DNA of 60,179 bases, counting the filler, from Nemertoderma westbladi (lineage: Eukaryota > Animalia > Xenacoelomorpha): assembly GCA_032718475.1 (NCBI GenBank). It is 3 parts of 3 records of this genome, joined end to end, with 100 filler letters (N's around TTAATTAATTAA, not from the genome) between each part and the next. Parts side by side here need not be neighbours in the genome. Positions count along the whole stretch, not along the records: positions 25,333 to 45,171 come from JAUCBJ010008693.1; positions 45,272 to 60,179 come from JAUCBJ010007157.1; 1 more part is not named here. One strand, 5' to 3'. Of this stretch, positions 37,400-47,739 are shown piece by piece (within the stretch, counting starts at the first letter, position 1; every line of letters begins with the position of its first letter). Under the pieces are notes generated by a model. That model saw only the letters and a list, made by a program, of their open reading frames with translations. It ran no database searches and was not told the DNA's origin. A program made the position numbers and the translations under genes.

Positions 37400-37546
37400 G
37401 ATTTGTGTCGGAGTCCGAAGCGGTCCGAAGCGGCATCTCCAAAGAAAAGAGTTGATTACTATCATCCCCCGTTTAATCCAAAGGTACACTATTTCAATCG
37501 ACCAACCGGCCGCCTTTGTTTATTTGAACTGGCAAGGGAACGTTCT
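37400..37546 (+). pseudogene. C-terminal tail of a second, plus-strand BEL-like integrase, interrupted by the LINE
   Basis: FNRPTGRLCLFELARER+SGN* (continuing after 42256) vs LNRPAGRLCLLERDRKLSGN in the minus-strand ORF. Confidence 0.6.
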
Positions 37547-37738
37547 TTTTTTTTTTTTTTTCGATTCACCCCGTTCGGGGTAATTTAATTGGCTAAAACG
37601 GTTCATATAGTAAACATGTATATACAGTGTACAGTTACACGATGAAGTATAGAGTTTAGAGATACGGTAAGTAACATTAAATAATTAAAACGGTACTATG
37701 TGGTTTAATGACACAGAATGGTTGTTATATTAAAATGT

Positions 37739-40700
37739 TTACAATGCATAGTTGTTTGCTAGTGCGTTGAGAGAGGGACAGTCCTTGCATGTTAATGCAT
37801 GATGTAGTTGTATATCTTCTTCATCGCAGTAGATACAGCGGCAATCAGTGCTAATTTCATGGAAAGGATGTTTATTGGAACAGATTTTATAATGGAATCC
37901 ATGGAATGTAGCTCTTGTCACAGCATGTCGGTTGGTTTGTCCAGGCTGTCTCCAAGTTTCTGATGCGAAGGCAGGTCCACGTTTATAATTCATGGATTCA
38001 AATATTGTTTCCTTTTCAACACGGCAAGCTTTGTATTGTTCAATAATATTTGCCTTGAACATTAAGGGTCTTTTCGTTATTAGATCTTCTATAAAGGTTG
38101 GAGTGCCTATAAGTTTCAAAGCCATTGTATTGGACGCATTTTTTGGCAATCCTAGAAGACGTTTCATAAAAGCTGCTTTTATTCTATCTATGTCTTTGAG
38201 GTTGGATAGTGTAAAATATATGCCAATCTCAGAAAATGCGTAGGTGACCATCGGTTCTATTTTCATTCTAAATATTTTTACCCCTGTGGCTATTGATATT
38301 AGCTGCAGGTTCCTCAAGCAGCCAATTGCGGCATAAGATATCCTCTTCTTCGTATCTATATGTTTAGAGAAACAAAGTGTTGGCTGCAAGATAACTCCCA
38401 AATATTTATAATGGTTACAAAATTCCACATTCTCATTATTGTATATTAATTTATCTGTTCTGCGTAATGGGCCTCCCCTTCTAAATTTCAAAATTTTGGT
38501 TTTCTTTAAATTTACAGCCATTTTGTTTAATTTGCACCATTTGTGGAGCTCGTGTAGCGCTGTTTGAATGTGTTCTCGATTTGATGAATAGATTACTAAA
38601 TCATCTGCGAAAAATATAAACCTGAGAGTATCAGCAATGAGACGTAATGTCGAGGCAAGATCTGCGATGAACATCAAAAAACATGTTGGAGAAAAACAGT
38701 CTCCTTGGAGTATTCCTCGTAACTGCTCTATTGGGTTTGAGAGTTTTATGCCATCGTAAATTTTTACTGTGTTCCGAAATATGTCCCTGATAAGATTATA
38801 CACTTTACCCTTTACGCCAAATATAGTGTAGAGCTTGTACATTAGGATTGATCGATTTACAAGATCAAATGCCTTCCGTAGGTCTACGAATGCTGCATAA
38901 ACTACTCTCTGAGATGATGGGCGGCTGGCTTTGTTGATGATAGTGGATACGTCGTCAAGGAGCTTTTTAAGGGCATGCAACGTAGATTTACCACACGTAA
39001 AGCCATACTGCTCTTCCGGTAATAGGTGAGCAATGTGCTTTCTAACTCTCTGGTTTATAATAGTGGTCAGCATTTTAAGCATGACACAGATTAAAGCTAT
39101 CCCACGGTAATTGTCCGGTAGTGATTTATTTCCCGTCCCTTTATACATTATCTTGATTAAACTCGTTTTCCATTGGAGTGGTATTTTGCCAATGTCTAAA
39201 CACATGTTGTATAAACATACTAGTGTTGTTAAGATCACAGATGCGCTTATTTTAATATGCTCATTAAAAACGCGATCAGGTCCACATGCCTTTTTATCAG
39301 AAGATTTCCCTATTGAAGCCGACACCTCATCCTCCGTTATGGGTGAGTTGTACCATTGGTCGTCTGCCAGTTCATGAACGGTTGGCATTGGTGTTACGAC
39401 GTCTGTATCATCACATTTCCCCAGTAATTGCGTGAAATGATTTTCCAGTTCTTCTGTTGGGATTGGTGCCGGTGGCTGTGGTGTATAGTCTTTAAACAAT
39501 AGCCATGGCGTAATCTCAGTGTTGCGTAATTTCTCTAGAAGTTGGTCTTCCTCGTACAAGGCTTTCTTTTTGTGGATTAGTGACTTGTAATCTTTCCTTT
39601 TAAGCCAGTATAAGTTAGCATCGTATTCAGAGCTATTTTTATTCGCCATTAAGCGTAAGAGGCCAGCTTTTGCTTCCTGACATTCATTGTCATACCAACG
39701 TTTGCCATGATGAGCACCTTTGGTGGGTTTGGGATCAGTTGAGTTTGATATTATATCTGTTAGAGTATCTGCAGCGGAGTCTATTTGTTCATTACCGATG
39801 TAGTCATTTATATTACTTACTGCCAACAATGATGCCACCTTTTCTGCATTAATTTTCCGGGATAACTTTGGACAAGGGGTATCAACGCATTGCATGACTC
39901 TTCCTGGTATTGTAATTTTTGCATCCAATCGACTATGTTTTCTGAGTGGATTACCTGTAACTGTGATTGAAGGTTGCTGTGGAGGGGTATCACACTTTGG
40001 GTATCTGTAGAACAACAAGTCGATTGCACTATTTCCTTGAGGTGATGAGTACGTATATATGGCTGGATCGTTTAGCAGGGAGAATCCAAATCCAGATAAA
40101 CTATCCAGTAGATCTTCACCTCTCAATCCTTTGTCGACCCTGCAATTGAAGTCACCTCCTAATAAGATAGTCAGGTCAGGCCCGGTAAAGGTTAGCGCTT
40201 CAGCTATCAAACAGATTATGTCTTCAAAGGCCATGTCTGGCTTAAAGTAGAACACGAGGAAGTATGCTAACGATGTATTTATAGCCATATATTCGTTGCA
40301 AGATGCGAGAAGGGTCGGATTAAGTTCGGGTTTGCACATAATTGTTAACCCGCCTGAAGGTCGTCCACGTCCAGTTTCCGGTTTTTTCGCTGGTTGGATG
40401 AAGGAATAATGTGTGCTAATAGTTATTATTTCAGTTTCATAGCTAAAGGTTTCTGTGAATAATGCGATATCAGAATTCCCTATTAGTTCTTTGGGCGACA
40501 GATTTAACTGCACATATTTGTAACCTTCTATATTCCACAGCAGACAGTTTACTGTCGTATATACTGTGGTAACTGGGGGCCCGGGTGACGAGCGCACAGT
40601 AACCGTGGGCCCGGGTGGCGGGCGCATGGTAACTGGGGGACCGGCTGGTGGGCGCACGGTTTCTGGGGGCCCGGGTCGCGGGCGCACGGTAACTGGGGGC

Positions 40701-41254
40701 CCGGGTGGCGGGCGCTTGGTAACCGGGGGTCCGGGTGGCGGGCGCACGGTAGCTGTGGGCCCGGATGGCGGGCGCACGGTAAGTGGGGGCCCGGGTGGTG
40801 GGCGCATGGTAACTGGGGGCCCGGATGGCGGGTGCACGGTGACTGGGGGCCCGGCTGGCGGGCGCACGGTTACTGGGGGCCCGGGTCGAGGGTGCACGTT
40901 AACTGGGGGCCAGGGTGGTGGGCGCATGGTAACTGGGGGCCCAGGTCGTGGGCGCACGGTAACTGGGGGCCCAGGTGGCGGGTGCATGGTAACTGGGGGC
41001 CCGGGTGGCGGGCGCACGGCAACTGGGGGCCCAGCTGGTGGGCGCACTTTAACTGGGGGTCTGGATGGCGGGCGCACGGTGACCGGGGGCCCGGGTGGCA
41101 GGCGCACGGTAACTGGGTGCCCGGGAGGCGGGCGCACGGTAACCGGGGGCCCGGCTGGCGGGCGCACGGTAACCGGGGGCCCGGGAAGCGGGCGCACAAC
41201 TGGGGGCCCGGGAGGCGGGCGCACGGTAACGTAGGGCCCATACAACTGGCACAC
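37739..41254 (-). CDS. LINE ORF2: Pro-rich repeat, AP endonuclease, reverse transcriptase, C-terminal CCHC finger
   Basis: WNIEG, TETF, GGDFN, SAIDL (APE); NYRGIAL, DLRKAFD, GILQGDCFSP, FADD, YKYLG (RT); CIYC...HHALTC. Confidence 0.93.
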   Translation of the reverse strand: MCQLYGPYVTVRPPPGPPVVRPLPGPPVTVRPPAGPPVTVRPPPGHPVTVRLPPGPPVTVRPPSRPPVKVRPPAGPPVAVRPPPGPPVTMHPPPGPPVTVRPRPGPPVTMRPPPWPPVNVHPRPGPPVTVRPPAGPPVTVHPPSGPPVTMRPPPGPPLTVRPPSGPTATVRPPPGPPVTKRPPPGPPVTVRPRPGPPETVRPPAGPPVTMRPPPGPTVTVRSSPGPPVTTVYTTVNCLLWNIEGYKYVQLNLSPKELIGNSDIALFTETFSYETEIITISTHYSFIQPAKKPETGRGRPSGGLTIMCKPELNPTLLASCNEYMAINTSLAYFLVFYFKPDMAFEDIICLIAEALTFTGPDLTILLGGDFNCRVDKGLRGEDLLDSLSGFGFSLLNDPAIYTYSSPQGNSAIDLLFYRYPKCDTPPQQPSITVTGNPLRKHSRLDAKITIPGRVMQCVDTPCPKLSRKINAEKVASLLAVSNINDYIGNEQIDSAADTLTDIISNSTDPKPTKGAHHGKRWYDNECQEAKAGLLRLMANKNSSEYDANLYWLKRKDYKSLIHKKKALYEEDQLLEKLRNTEITPWLLFKDYTPQPPAPIPTEELENHFTQLLGKCDDTDVVTPMPTVHELADDQWYNSPITEDEVSASIGKSSDKKACGPDRVFNEHIKISASVILTTLVCLYNMCLDIGKIPLQWKTSLIKIMYKGTGNKSLPDNYRGIALICVMLKMLTTIINQRVRKHIAHLLPEEQYGFTCGKSTLHALKKLLDDVSTIINKASRPSSQRVVYAAFVDLRKAFDLVNRSILMYKLYTIFGVKGKVYNLIRDIFRNTVKIYDGIKLSNPIEQLRGILQGDCFSPTCFLMFIADLASTLRLIADTLRFIFFADDLVIYSSNREHIQTALHELHKWCKLNKMAVNLKKTKILKFRRGGPLRRTDKLIYNNENVEFCNHYKYLGVILQPTLCFSKHIDTKKRISYAAIGCLRNLQLISIATGVKIFRMKIEPMVTYAFSEIGIYFTLSNLKDIDRIKAAFMKRLLGLPKNASNTMALKLIGTPTFIEDLITKRPLMFKANIIEQYKACRVEKETIFESMNYKRGPAFASETWRQPGQTNRHAVTRATFHGFHYKICSNKHPFHEISTDCRCIYCDEEDIQLHHALTCKDCPSLNALANNYAL
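40566..41234 (-). repeat. 30-bp GC-rich tandem repeat (~22 copies) encoding PPGPPVTVRP
   Basis: Period visible in the DNA (gggcgcacggtaactgggggcccgggtggc) and in the translation. Confidence 0.95.
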
Positions 41255-41269
41255 AGCCTCCTCGGTAAG

Positions 41270-42094
41270 TCAGCTCGTTTGGTGAAAGGTTGTGGATGTG
41301 GATCGAGGACGGAGGCCGAATTTTTCGCGCTCAACATTGTTTAGTTTGTAATTCTTTATTATGATACCGCTCTCCCAAAGATCCGGGTCCATTAATGTAC
41401 TGCGGTGCTCCTGATCGCATACAAGATGGAAGGAGCACGTTTGGGCATCGGGGGAAACTTCAAGTGGTATAACGTCATCGTAAGCGACCGATTCTTTTGT
41501 CAAGTATTCCATTACGTCCTCCTTTGTCACACCTAGGTCAAACCTACCAATATATACATGTGCCTTCCTTGGTGCTGGCACCCTTACCGGCGGCGGGGGA
41601 GCAGCGCGGAGGGGACCGCCTACTTTCCTCCCCCTTGTTATACGGGATCCGGGGTGCTGTGTTCTCTCGGAGGTTGCTCGGATCACATTCGTTCGGTTAC
41701 CAGGGGCGGTAAGCTCCGACTCGGTATTATTGGCTGGCATGGTTTGATTTCCAGTTGGATATCGCGCGGTACTATTTGCGGCTCCGGGAGTCGACTTAGA
41801 CTGTGTCCGGGGACTAAAGCCGGCAGTGAGGGTGCTGCTGAATGTCGGTCGGGTTGTCTTTGCTTTGAGTAGCTCATTCTTTGCTTCGATTGTTTCTTGG
41901 CGGGCATCTGCCAGGTCAGCGTTAGTCTTGGCGAGACTCCCGAGGGTTGTAGTGAACAAGGCGTTCATCTTCAATAGGTGATCCATAAAAAGCTTCTCGT
42001 CTTCAATAGAAACACTCTTCCGTCGTTGCGTGAATGTTTTTATGAGTTGGGACAGCTCACTTTGAATATCAGCGAATGTCGCTGCCGCAGCCAT
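41270..42094 (-). CDS. LINE ORF1 (coiled coil plus C-terminal RRM-like domain)
   Basis: Heptad-like region LAKTNADLADARQETIEAKNELL; HVYIGRFDLGVTKEDVMEYL...SFHL...LMDPDLWESGIIIKNY. Confidence 0.85.
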   Translation of the reverse strand: MAAAATFADIQSELSQLIKTFTQRRKSVSIEDEKLFMDHLLKMNALFTTTLGSLAKTNADLADARQETIEAKNELLKAKTTRPTFSSTLTAGFSPRTQSKSTPGAANSTARYPTGNQTMPANNTESELTAPGNRTNVIRATSERTQHPGSRITRGRKVGGPLRAAPPPPVRVPAPRKAHVYIGRFDLGVTKEDVMEYLTKESVAYDDVIPLEVSPDAQTCSFHLVCDQEHRSTLMDPDLWESGIIIKNYKLNNVEREKFGLRPRSTSTTFHQTS

Positions 42095-42912
42095 ATCCGC
42101 AATATTAAATAAAATATCAATAAAATATAAATAAAATACAATTTAAAAAATGTTCTGTATGTTTAGTCTGTTGATTCTCACGTATTATTATGTAATAATA
42201 ACACTACTAATATAACTAATACCAGTGGAGTTGCAAGTTATTAAAGGGAACGTTCTGGTAACTAGATACTTAGGCCAAGTAGTCTGACCTACTAACTAGA
42301 GTAACGTCTTGTAGAAAAGGCTACGATTGAGTATGTAATTATTTATTAGCCATTTAGTATAGCATAAGTATTAGTATTAGACTACAAGTGCACTGTAGTA
42401 ACAAAACCGACTTATGTTAATTGTGCGTTATATATGACGGCCGCATATGTAACAATTTAATTTAACAGTAAATTATTTGACTTAAAACTTAAATAATTCA
42501 AAATAAATGACTAATTACTAACGACAATACTCAATCGTGGAAGCGGATTTGTGTGACTTTGCGAGCATAGATATATGCGAAAAATTTTACAAAAAATTTT
42601 GTATTTAATACAAACTAATAAAAATAACCAAAATTAAAAGAACCAAATTAAGTATCGCTATAAATGTTCAAATAACTATTACAGTAGTTACTAGTGTGAA
42701 ATAAGTGTGAGAGCTGAGCGTTCTAATTTCTACATTCACCAACATGTCACCGAACAATTTGGATTAATATTTACCAGAATGTCACTATTTTGTGTACAGT
42801 ATCCATGATAACAGGTTGTGTTTCTGTAATGCAAGCTGTACTAAAAGGTTGCATTCACAGTTATACGGGCACCATTTGTGTTTTCAGAGAAACACGTTTC
42901 GGTTTTAATTAA

Positions 42913-44447
42913 CCCTATTAGTACCGGGCTATAAAATGTCGTACAAATACCGGGAGGGGGTCATATTGACCCCCCCCCCCCCCCCCCCCCCCCCTCTAAA
43001 ATCTACAAATTTTTACGAAAATGTCTGATGTTTTGTTTGTATGTAGGTATCAGTAGTCTGGATCCGACCGAAAAAAAAATTTTCGAAAAAATGTACTGGG
43101 GTGGTTATATTGCAGCACCAAAATTACAAGTAGTGCACAATTTTCACAAAATTTGAAAGTTACATTTTTCGGCTAATTGTTTTTCAATACAGGTTTTCTG
43201 GGGCGCAAAATACATTGGAAAATATTTAAAAATGATATGATTACTATAAATGGCTGTTTAGTCCTCTCTTCGTAGGAAAAAAATGAAAAAAACAAGTAAC
43301 CAGCACTTTTCAGTTAGAACACAAAATTATTAATTCACTTATACGATGCTATAAATTCACATTTATAGGTTTTCTAAGGCGCTGATTCTAATGGAATACA
43401 TTTCTAATATGCCAGATCATTGATACTTGTATTTTTCGGCGTAATTTGGCAAATTTTGGTTCTAGCACCAAATTTCGTACCCATCACCAAAAAGTACAAG
43501 TTTTTATTGATTCCATCGGATTCAGGACCCTCATAAACACGTATAATGCAAGAAACAAGATGATACTATCTATTGATCAATTTGCTTATTTTCCAAAATT
43601 TGGTGCTGGCACAACAATTTCACCCACCGGCGAAAAATACAAGTTTGAAAACTCTTATGAAATTTTTACTGATTCCATTGAATTCAGAACCCTCACAAAC
43701 CCGTATAACGCAATAAACAAGGTGACACAATCAATTTATATATTTGTTGATTTTCAAAATTTGGTGCTAGCACCACATTTTGCACCCACATCCGAAAAAT
43801 ACAAGTTTGAGATGTCTAGTTCGATAATTATATATTCCATTGAATTCAGAACAGCCATAAACCTCCAAAACGCAAGAAATAAAATGTCACAAGCAATTTT
43901 ATCTATTGAATGGATTTTCAAAATTTCGTGCTAGCACCAAAAATTGCACACAGCACCGAAAAATACAAGTTTGATACGCTTGGTGCAATCGTATATATTT
44001 CATCGAAACGAGAACCCCAAAAAACCCCAATTGCGTAAAAAGCAAGTTTCAAACAATCAATTTTCAAAATTTGGTACTGGCACCAAAATTTGGCACCCGC
44101 CGAAAAAAACAAGTATGAAATTTCGAAATCAATTTATATGAATTCCATCCAATTGATGCATTGCCAACACCAAAAAACCGGTGTAAATCAAAAATAGAGA
44201 TGTTACAATTCATATTTAATGAAATGTAATTTTCAAAAAACGTCTCAAAAAAAGTGCCAAAAGTAGGGTTAAAAAATGGTGCTATAACTCGAAAACTACC
44301 CAATATTTTTGAAAACGGTTTTCACTACTAGGAAGACAATAGATTTTTAGGAAAAGTCATAAAATTTCAGATTCCCAACTACGTTTGTTTCAGAATTCTA
44401 ATAAAAAAACCACGGGGGGGGGGTCATATTGACCGGGTTTAATAGGG
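42913..44447. mobile_element. piggyBac-like MITE with TTAA TSD and degenerate ~150-165-bp internal repeats
   Basis: TTAA|CCCTATTA ... TAATAGGG|TTAA; subterminal ggggtcatattgacc at both ends; recurring aaaatttggtgctagcacca...aaaatacaagtttga units. Confidence 0.8.
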
Positions 44448-45171
44448 TTAAATATATCTTTTGAACCGTATTTTGACTATAAATTAAATTAAAATACGCA
44501 AATGACCTTTAACTTACTTAATGATAAATTAATTAATTGATGGCAGTGATATTGTATATCACTGCATTTTGTTACGGCCATTTATATAATAAAATAGTTA
44601 AGATCGTTGGACAGTTTGCCTCATGATTTGTTTTGTGAATAAACATTACCGGTAACCCTATTACCACTGGGGTGTCTAGACCATAGCAGCAAAATTCTAC
44701 AAAATTTAGGCTGTAAGTGAAAAAATTATCGAAGAACACTTCCAAACCTTAAACAATGAAAATTTTGTAAGCTGGGTATCATAATTTTCACGGAAAATAT
44801 AAGTAAACCCAGGACCAATTTTCCAAATTTGTGTATTTTAATTTAATTTATTTGTAATTTAAAATAACTAATAGTGTGCCTTTGTAGACTAGCTCTAGTA
44901 GGTTTTTCAAGACGCTAAATCGAATGCCATGATATTTTATACCCGAAAATTAAGCGGTATGCTATTTTTCGTACATCTAAGAAGTGTGCGTTGCACTAAA
45001 ATTTTGAAAAATTTGAGACCCGGAAAATACCACCATGTTTTAATTTCAGCACATTTATATAGGTTTTCTGGGTCCCTGATACGCACGACATTACTCTAAA
45101 AATATGACTACGTAGTGGTACCGGTAGCTCACTTTTGTTGCACAAAAATTATGGTATGGCATTTCAATTAT

Positions 45172-45271
45172 NNNNNNNNNNNNNNNNNNNNNNNNNNNNN
45201 NNNNNNNNNNNNNNNTTAATTAATTAANNNNNNNNNNNNNNNNNNNNNNNNNNNNNNNNNNNNNNNNNNNN
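45172..45271. other. Assembly gap with six-frame-stop linker
   Basis: N-run with central ttaattaattaa. Confidence 0.95.
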
Positions 45272-45885
45272 TGGTGGGGGTTGGTGGTGAGAGGGGTGGA
45301 GGGTGGTGGGGGTGGGGTGGGTGGTGGGGGTTGGTGGTGAGAGGCGTGGTGGGGGTTGGGGGTTGGTGGTGGGAGGGGTGAGGGGTGAGGGGTGAGGGGT
45401 GAGGCTGGTGTGGGGTGGGTGGGGGGGAGGGGTGGAGGGTTGTCAGAAGTGGGTGTTGGGGGTGGGTGGTGAGAGGGGTGGTGGGGGTTAGGGGTTGGTG
45501 GTGGCAGGGGTGAGGGTGGTGGGGGTTGGGAGTGGGATGGGTGGAGGGTGGTGGGGGTTGGTGGTGGCAGGGTTGGTGAGGGTTGGGGGTTGGTGGTGGG
45601 AAGGGTGGGAGGGGTGGGTGGGGGTGGGTGGTGGGGGTTGGTGGTGGGAGGGGTGATGGTGGTGTGGGGTGGATGGTGGGAGTGGTGGAGGGTGGTGTGG
45701 GGTGGGTGGTGGGAGGGGTAGAGGGTGGTGTGGGTTGGTTGGGGTGAAAGGGGTGGAGGGTGGTTGGGGTTGGTGGTGGGTGATGGGGGTTGGGGGTTGG
45801 TGGTGGGGGTTGGTGGTGGGAGGGGGGAGGGTGGTGTGGGGTGCATGGTGGGAGTGGTGGAGGGTGGTGTGGGGTGGGTGGAGTC
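45272..45885. repeat. G/T-rich low-complexity (GGT/GGG) tract, G-quadruplex-prone
   Basis: Almost only G and T, next to the gap. Confidence 0.85.
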
Positions 45886-46011
45886 TGTGACTTTGGGCAC
45901 TCTTTGATGTATAGACCTCAAAGCTATACCGTACTGAATAATGATTGGTTTACGCCATCTAGTTGTTCGATAATTAGTCCATCACTTTACACGAAATACG
46001 ATTGGTTACAG

Positions 46012-46229
46012 ATTGGCGTATGCCCCCTAGCGGATAACAATCCCGCACACACCTATCTGTATGAGATCGCCATAGAAACCGGTATGAAATACAACTCTGG
46101 AACTAAATCCCGAGTATTTTGCATCATATATGGGGAGGACGGGGATTCTGGAATGCATTATCTACGCGACCCAAAGAGACCTAATTTCTGCACCAATCAA
46201 GTGAACCTGTTCTTGCTATCCACGGAAAG
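46012..46229 (+). CDS. Polycystin-1 family (PKD1L/PKDREJ-like) exon, start of PLAT domain
   Basis: ttacag|IGVCPLADNNPAHTYLYEIAIETGMKYNSGTKSRVFCIIYGEDGDSG...FLLSTE|gtgagt. Confidence 0.9.
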
Positions 46230-46562
46230 GTGAGTTAACATAAGTTATCGACCAAAATAAAAACGTTATCCCAAAACTTATTTAATATATTTCCTCAAAT
46301 ATAATAAATACATTCATCTCCAATTTAATAAACTCTTTAAAAAACAATTAACAAAGCCTCGGTATTATTAGATCGATTATTATAGTTGATAACAAAACGT
46401 TTGTATGTCGCATTGAAACCTTTTCTACTATAGAAACAACATTCTTCCAAGTTGTTTTAGTGATTTAAACTCTTTTTCGCTTTATATATATGAAATTAAC
46501 GATGGAATATCATTATTCGTATATTATAGGCTTTTCCGTATTTGTTTTCTTCACGTCTCTAG

Positions 46563-46728
46563 GCCACTGGGTTCATTGACTTTTATTCGGATATGGCACG
46601 ATAATTCGGGTAAAACCTACTCTAAAAGTTGGTTCCTCAATTCCGTATCGATACGAGACATCCAGACTGGGGTTAAATCCGTGTTCATGTGCGATCGCTG
46701 GTTGGCTGCTGACAGGGAAGACGGGAAG
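46563..46728 (+). CDS. Polycystin-1 family exon, PLAT domain
   Basis: ag|(R)PLGSLTFIRIWHDNSG...SWFL...FMCDRWLAADREDGK|gt; phase matches the previous exon. Confidence 0.92.
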
Positions 46729-47096
46729 GTTTGTTATCACCTTTATGCTGTGCGGTGTTTGTATACGGGGAATTGAATTATTTTGTAACGGCGCTGGTAT
46801 TATTTTATCTAATACAGTAATTTTCCCCGATTGACTGAAATTTTTACATTTATTTTTAAAATAACAAAGTAACTTTCTTGTAGCCCTAATCTAAATGTCA
46901 TCACACATACAATTGTTACCGATATTTGTAATGTTACATCTATCCAATAGTTTTTCTCTACTCAGTATCTCTATAGGCATTCAGTATGTCCTTAGAAAGC
47001 CGGTGAAGGTTTATTTGGTTGGAGACCAGAATGAGGAAATTTGTTGCCAATAAATTATCTCTTTTCATTAAGTTTGTACAACATTTATTTTTGTAG

Positions 47097-47246
47097 GTGG
47101 ACCGAATTCTGCCCATATCTAGTTACAAGGACCGAATGGGTTTCGATACATTGTTCAGTCAGCAGTCGCGGACTATGATGACTGATGAACATATTTATTT
47201 GTCTGTGTTTATGAGACCGGCAAAGAGTCAATTCACAAGAGTTCAA
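47097..47246 (+). CDS. Polycystin-1 family exon
   Basis: ttgtag|VDRILP...DEHIYLSVFMRPAKSQFTRVQ|gttagt (DxHxxxSxxxRPxxSxFTRVQ motif). Confidence 0.92.
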
Positions 47247-47375
47247 GTTAGTTTTGTACAACGTAGTTATCAAGTTGTATTGGACGTATCAACTTTAATT
47301 TTGAAGTTTAACGTTAAAATAGTTTTATATTCTTTGTTGTCTAACTAGTTTTTTTTTATTTCTATTCCTTTCTAG

Positions 47376-47507
47376 AGGTTAACCTGTTGTCTAGCATTCG
47401 TCTGCTTGGAGTTTGGAGTAGCCTGTGCCTATTATACAATGACTTTGGCTGGTAAGGGTTCTGTGAATACCGTGAAACTTGGACCTATACCAATACCCAT
47501 ACAGCAG
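47376..47507 (+). CDS. Polycystin-1 family exon (TM helix)
   Basis: ttctag|RLTCCLAFVCLEFGVACAYY...KLGPIPIPIQQ|gtcggt. Confidence 0.88.
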
Positions 47508-47739
47508 GTCGGTATTGTAGAATATTATCGTAAAATATATGACAGTTATGTTATACATTATGACAGATATATATTTGTTAGAACTTCTAACTTTCAAACT
47601 TGGCTCTTATTATATTGTTTAATATAATTAAATTAATTTAGACATCGACTTCGAATATCAAAAGATACCAAAGATAAGTTTGGCAATCCGAATAATAAAT
47701 CATTTCACACTAATTAATAATTTTAAATTTTATTATGAA

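Larger units (their letters stand above)
37547..42243 (-). mobile_element. Full-length non-LTR retrotransposon (APE-RT LINE) with poly(A) tail and 13-bp TSD
   Basis: Poly(T) on the + strand at ~37546-37561; TSD AAGGGAACGTTCT at 37534-37546 and 42244-42256; two intact ORFs. Confidence 0.93.

Noticed and set aside
40566-41344. Gly-rich plus-strand ORFs (GGPGGGRTVT; HGNWGP)
   Set aside because: Antisense or alternative frames of the GC-rich 30-bp repeat.
43446-43934. 162-aa ORF as a transposase remnant
   Set aside because: It follows the internal tandem repeat period of the MITE and shows no DDD/DDE motifs.
45220-45921. Pro/Thr/His-rich extensin-like ORF
   Set aside because: Translation of a low-complexity G/T tract that runs into the gap and ends in the artificial linker.
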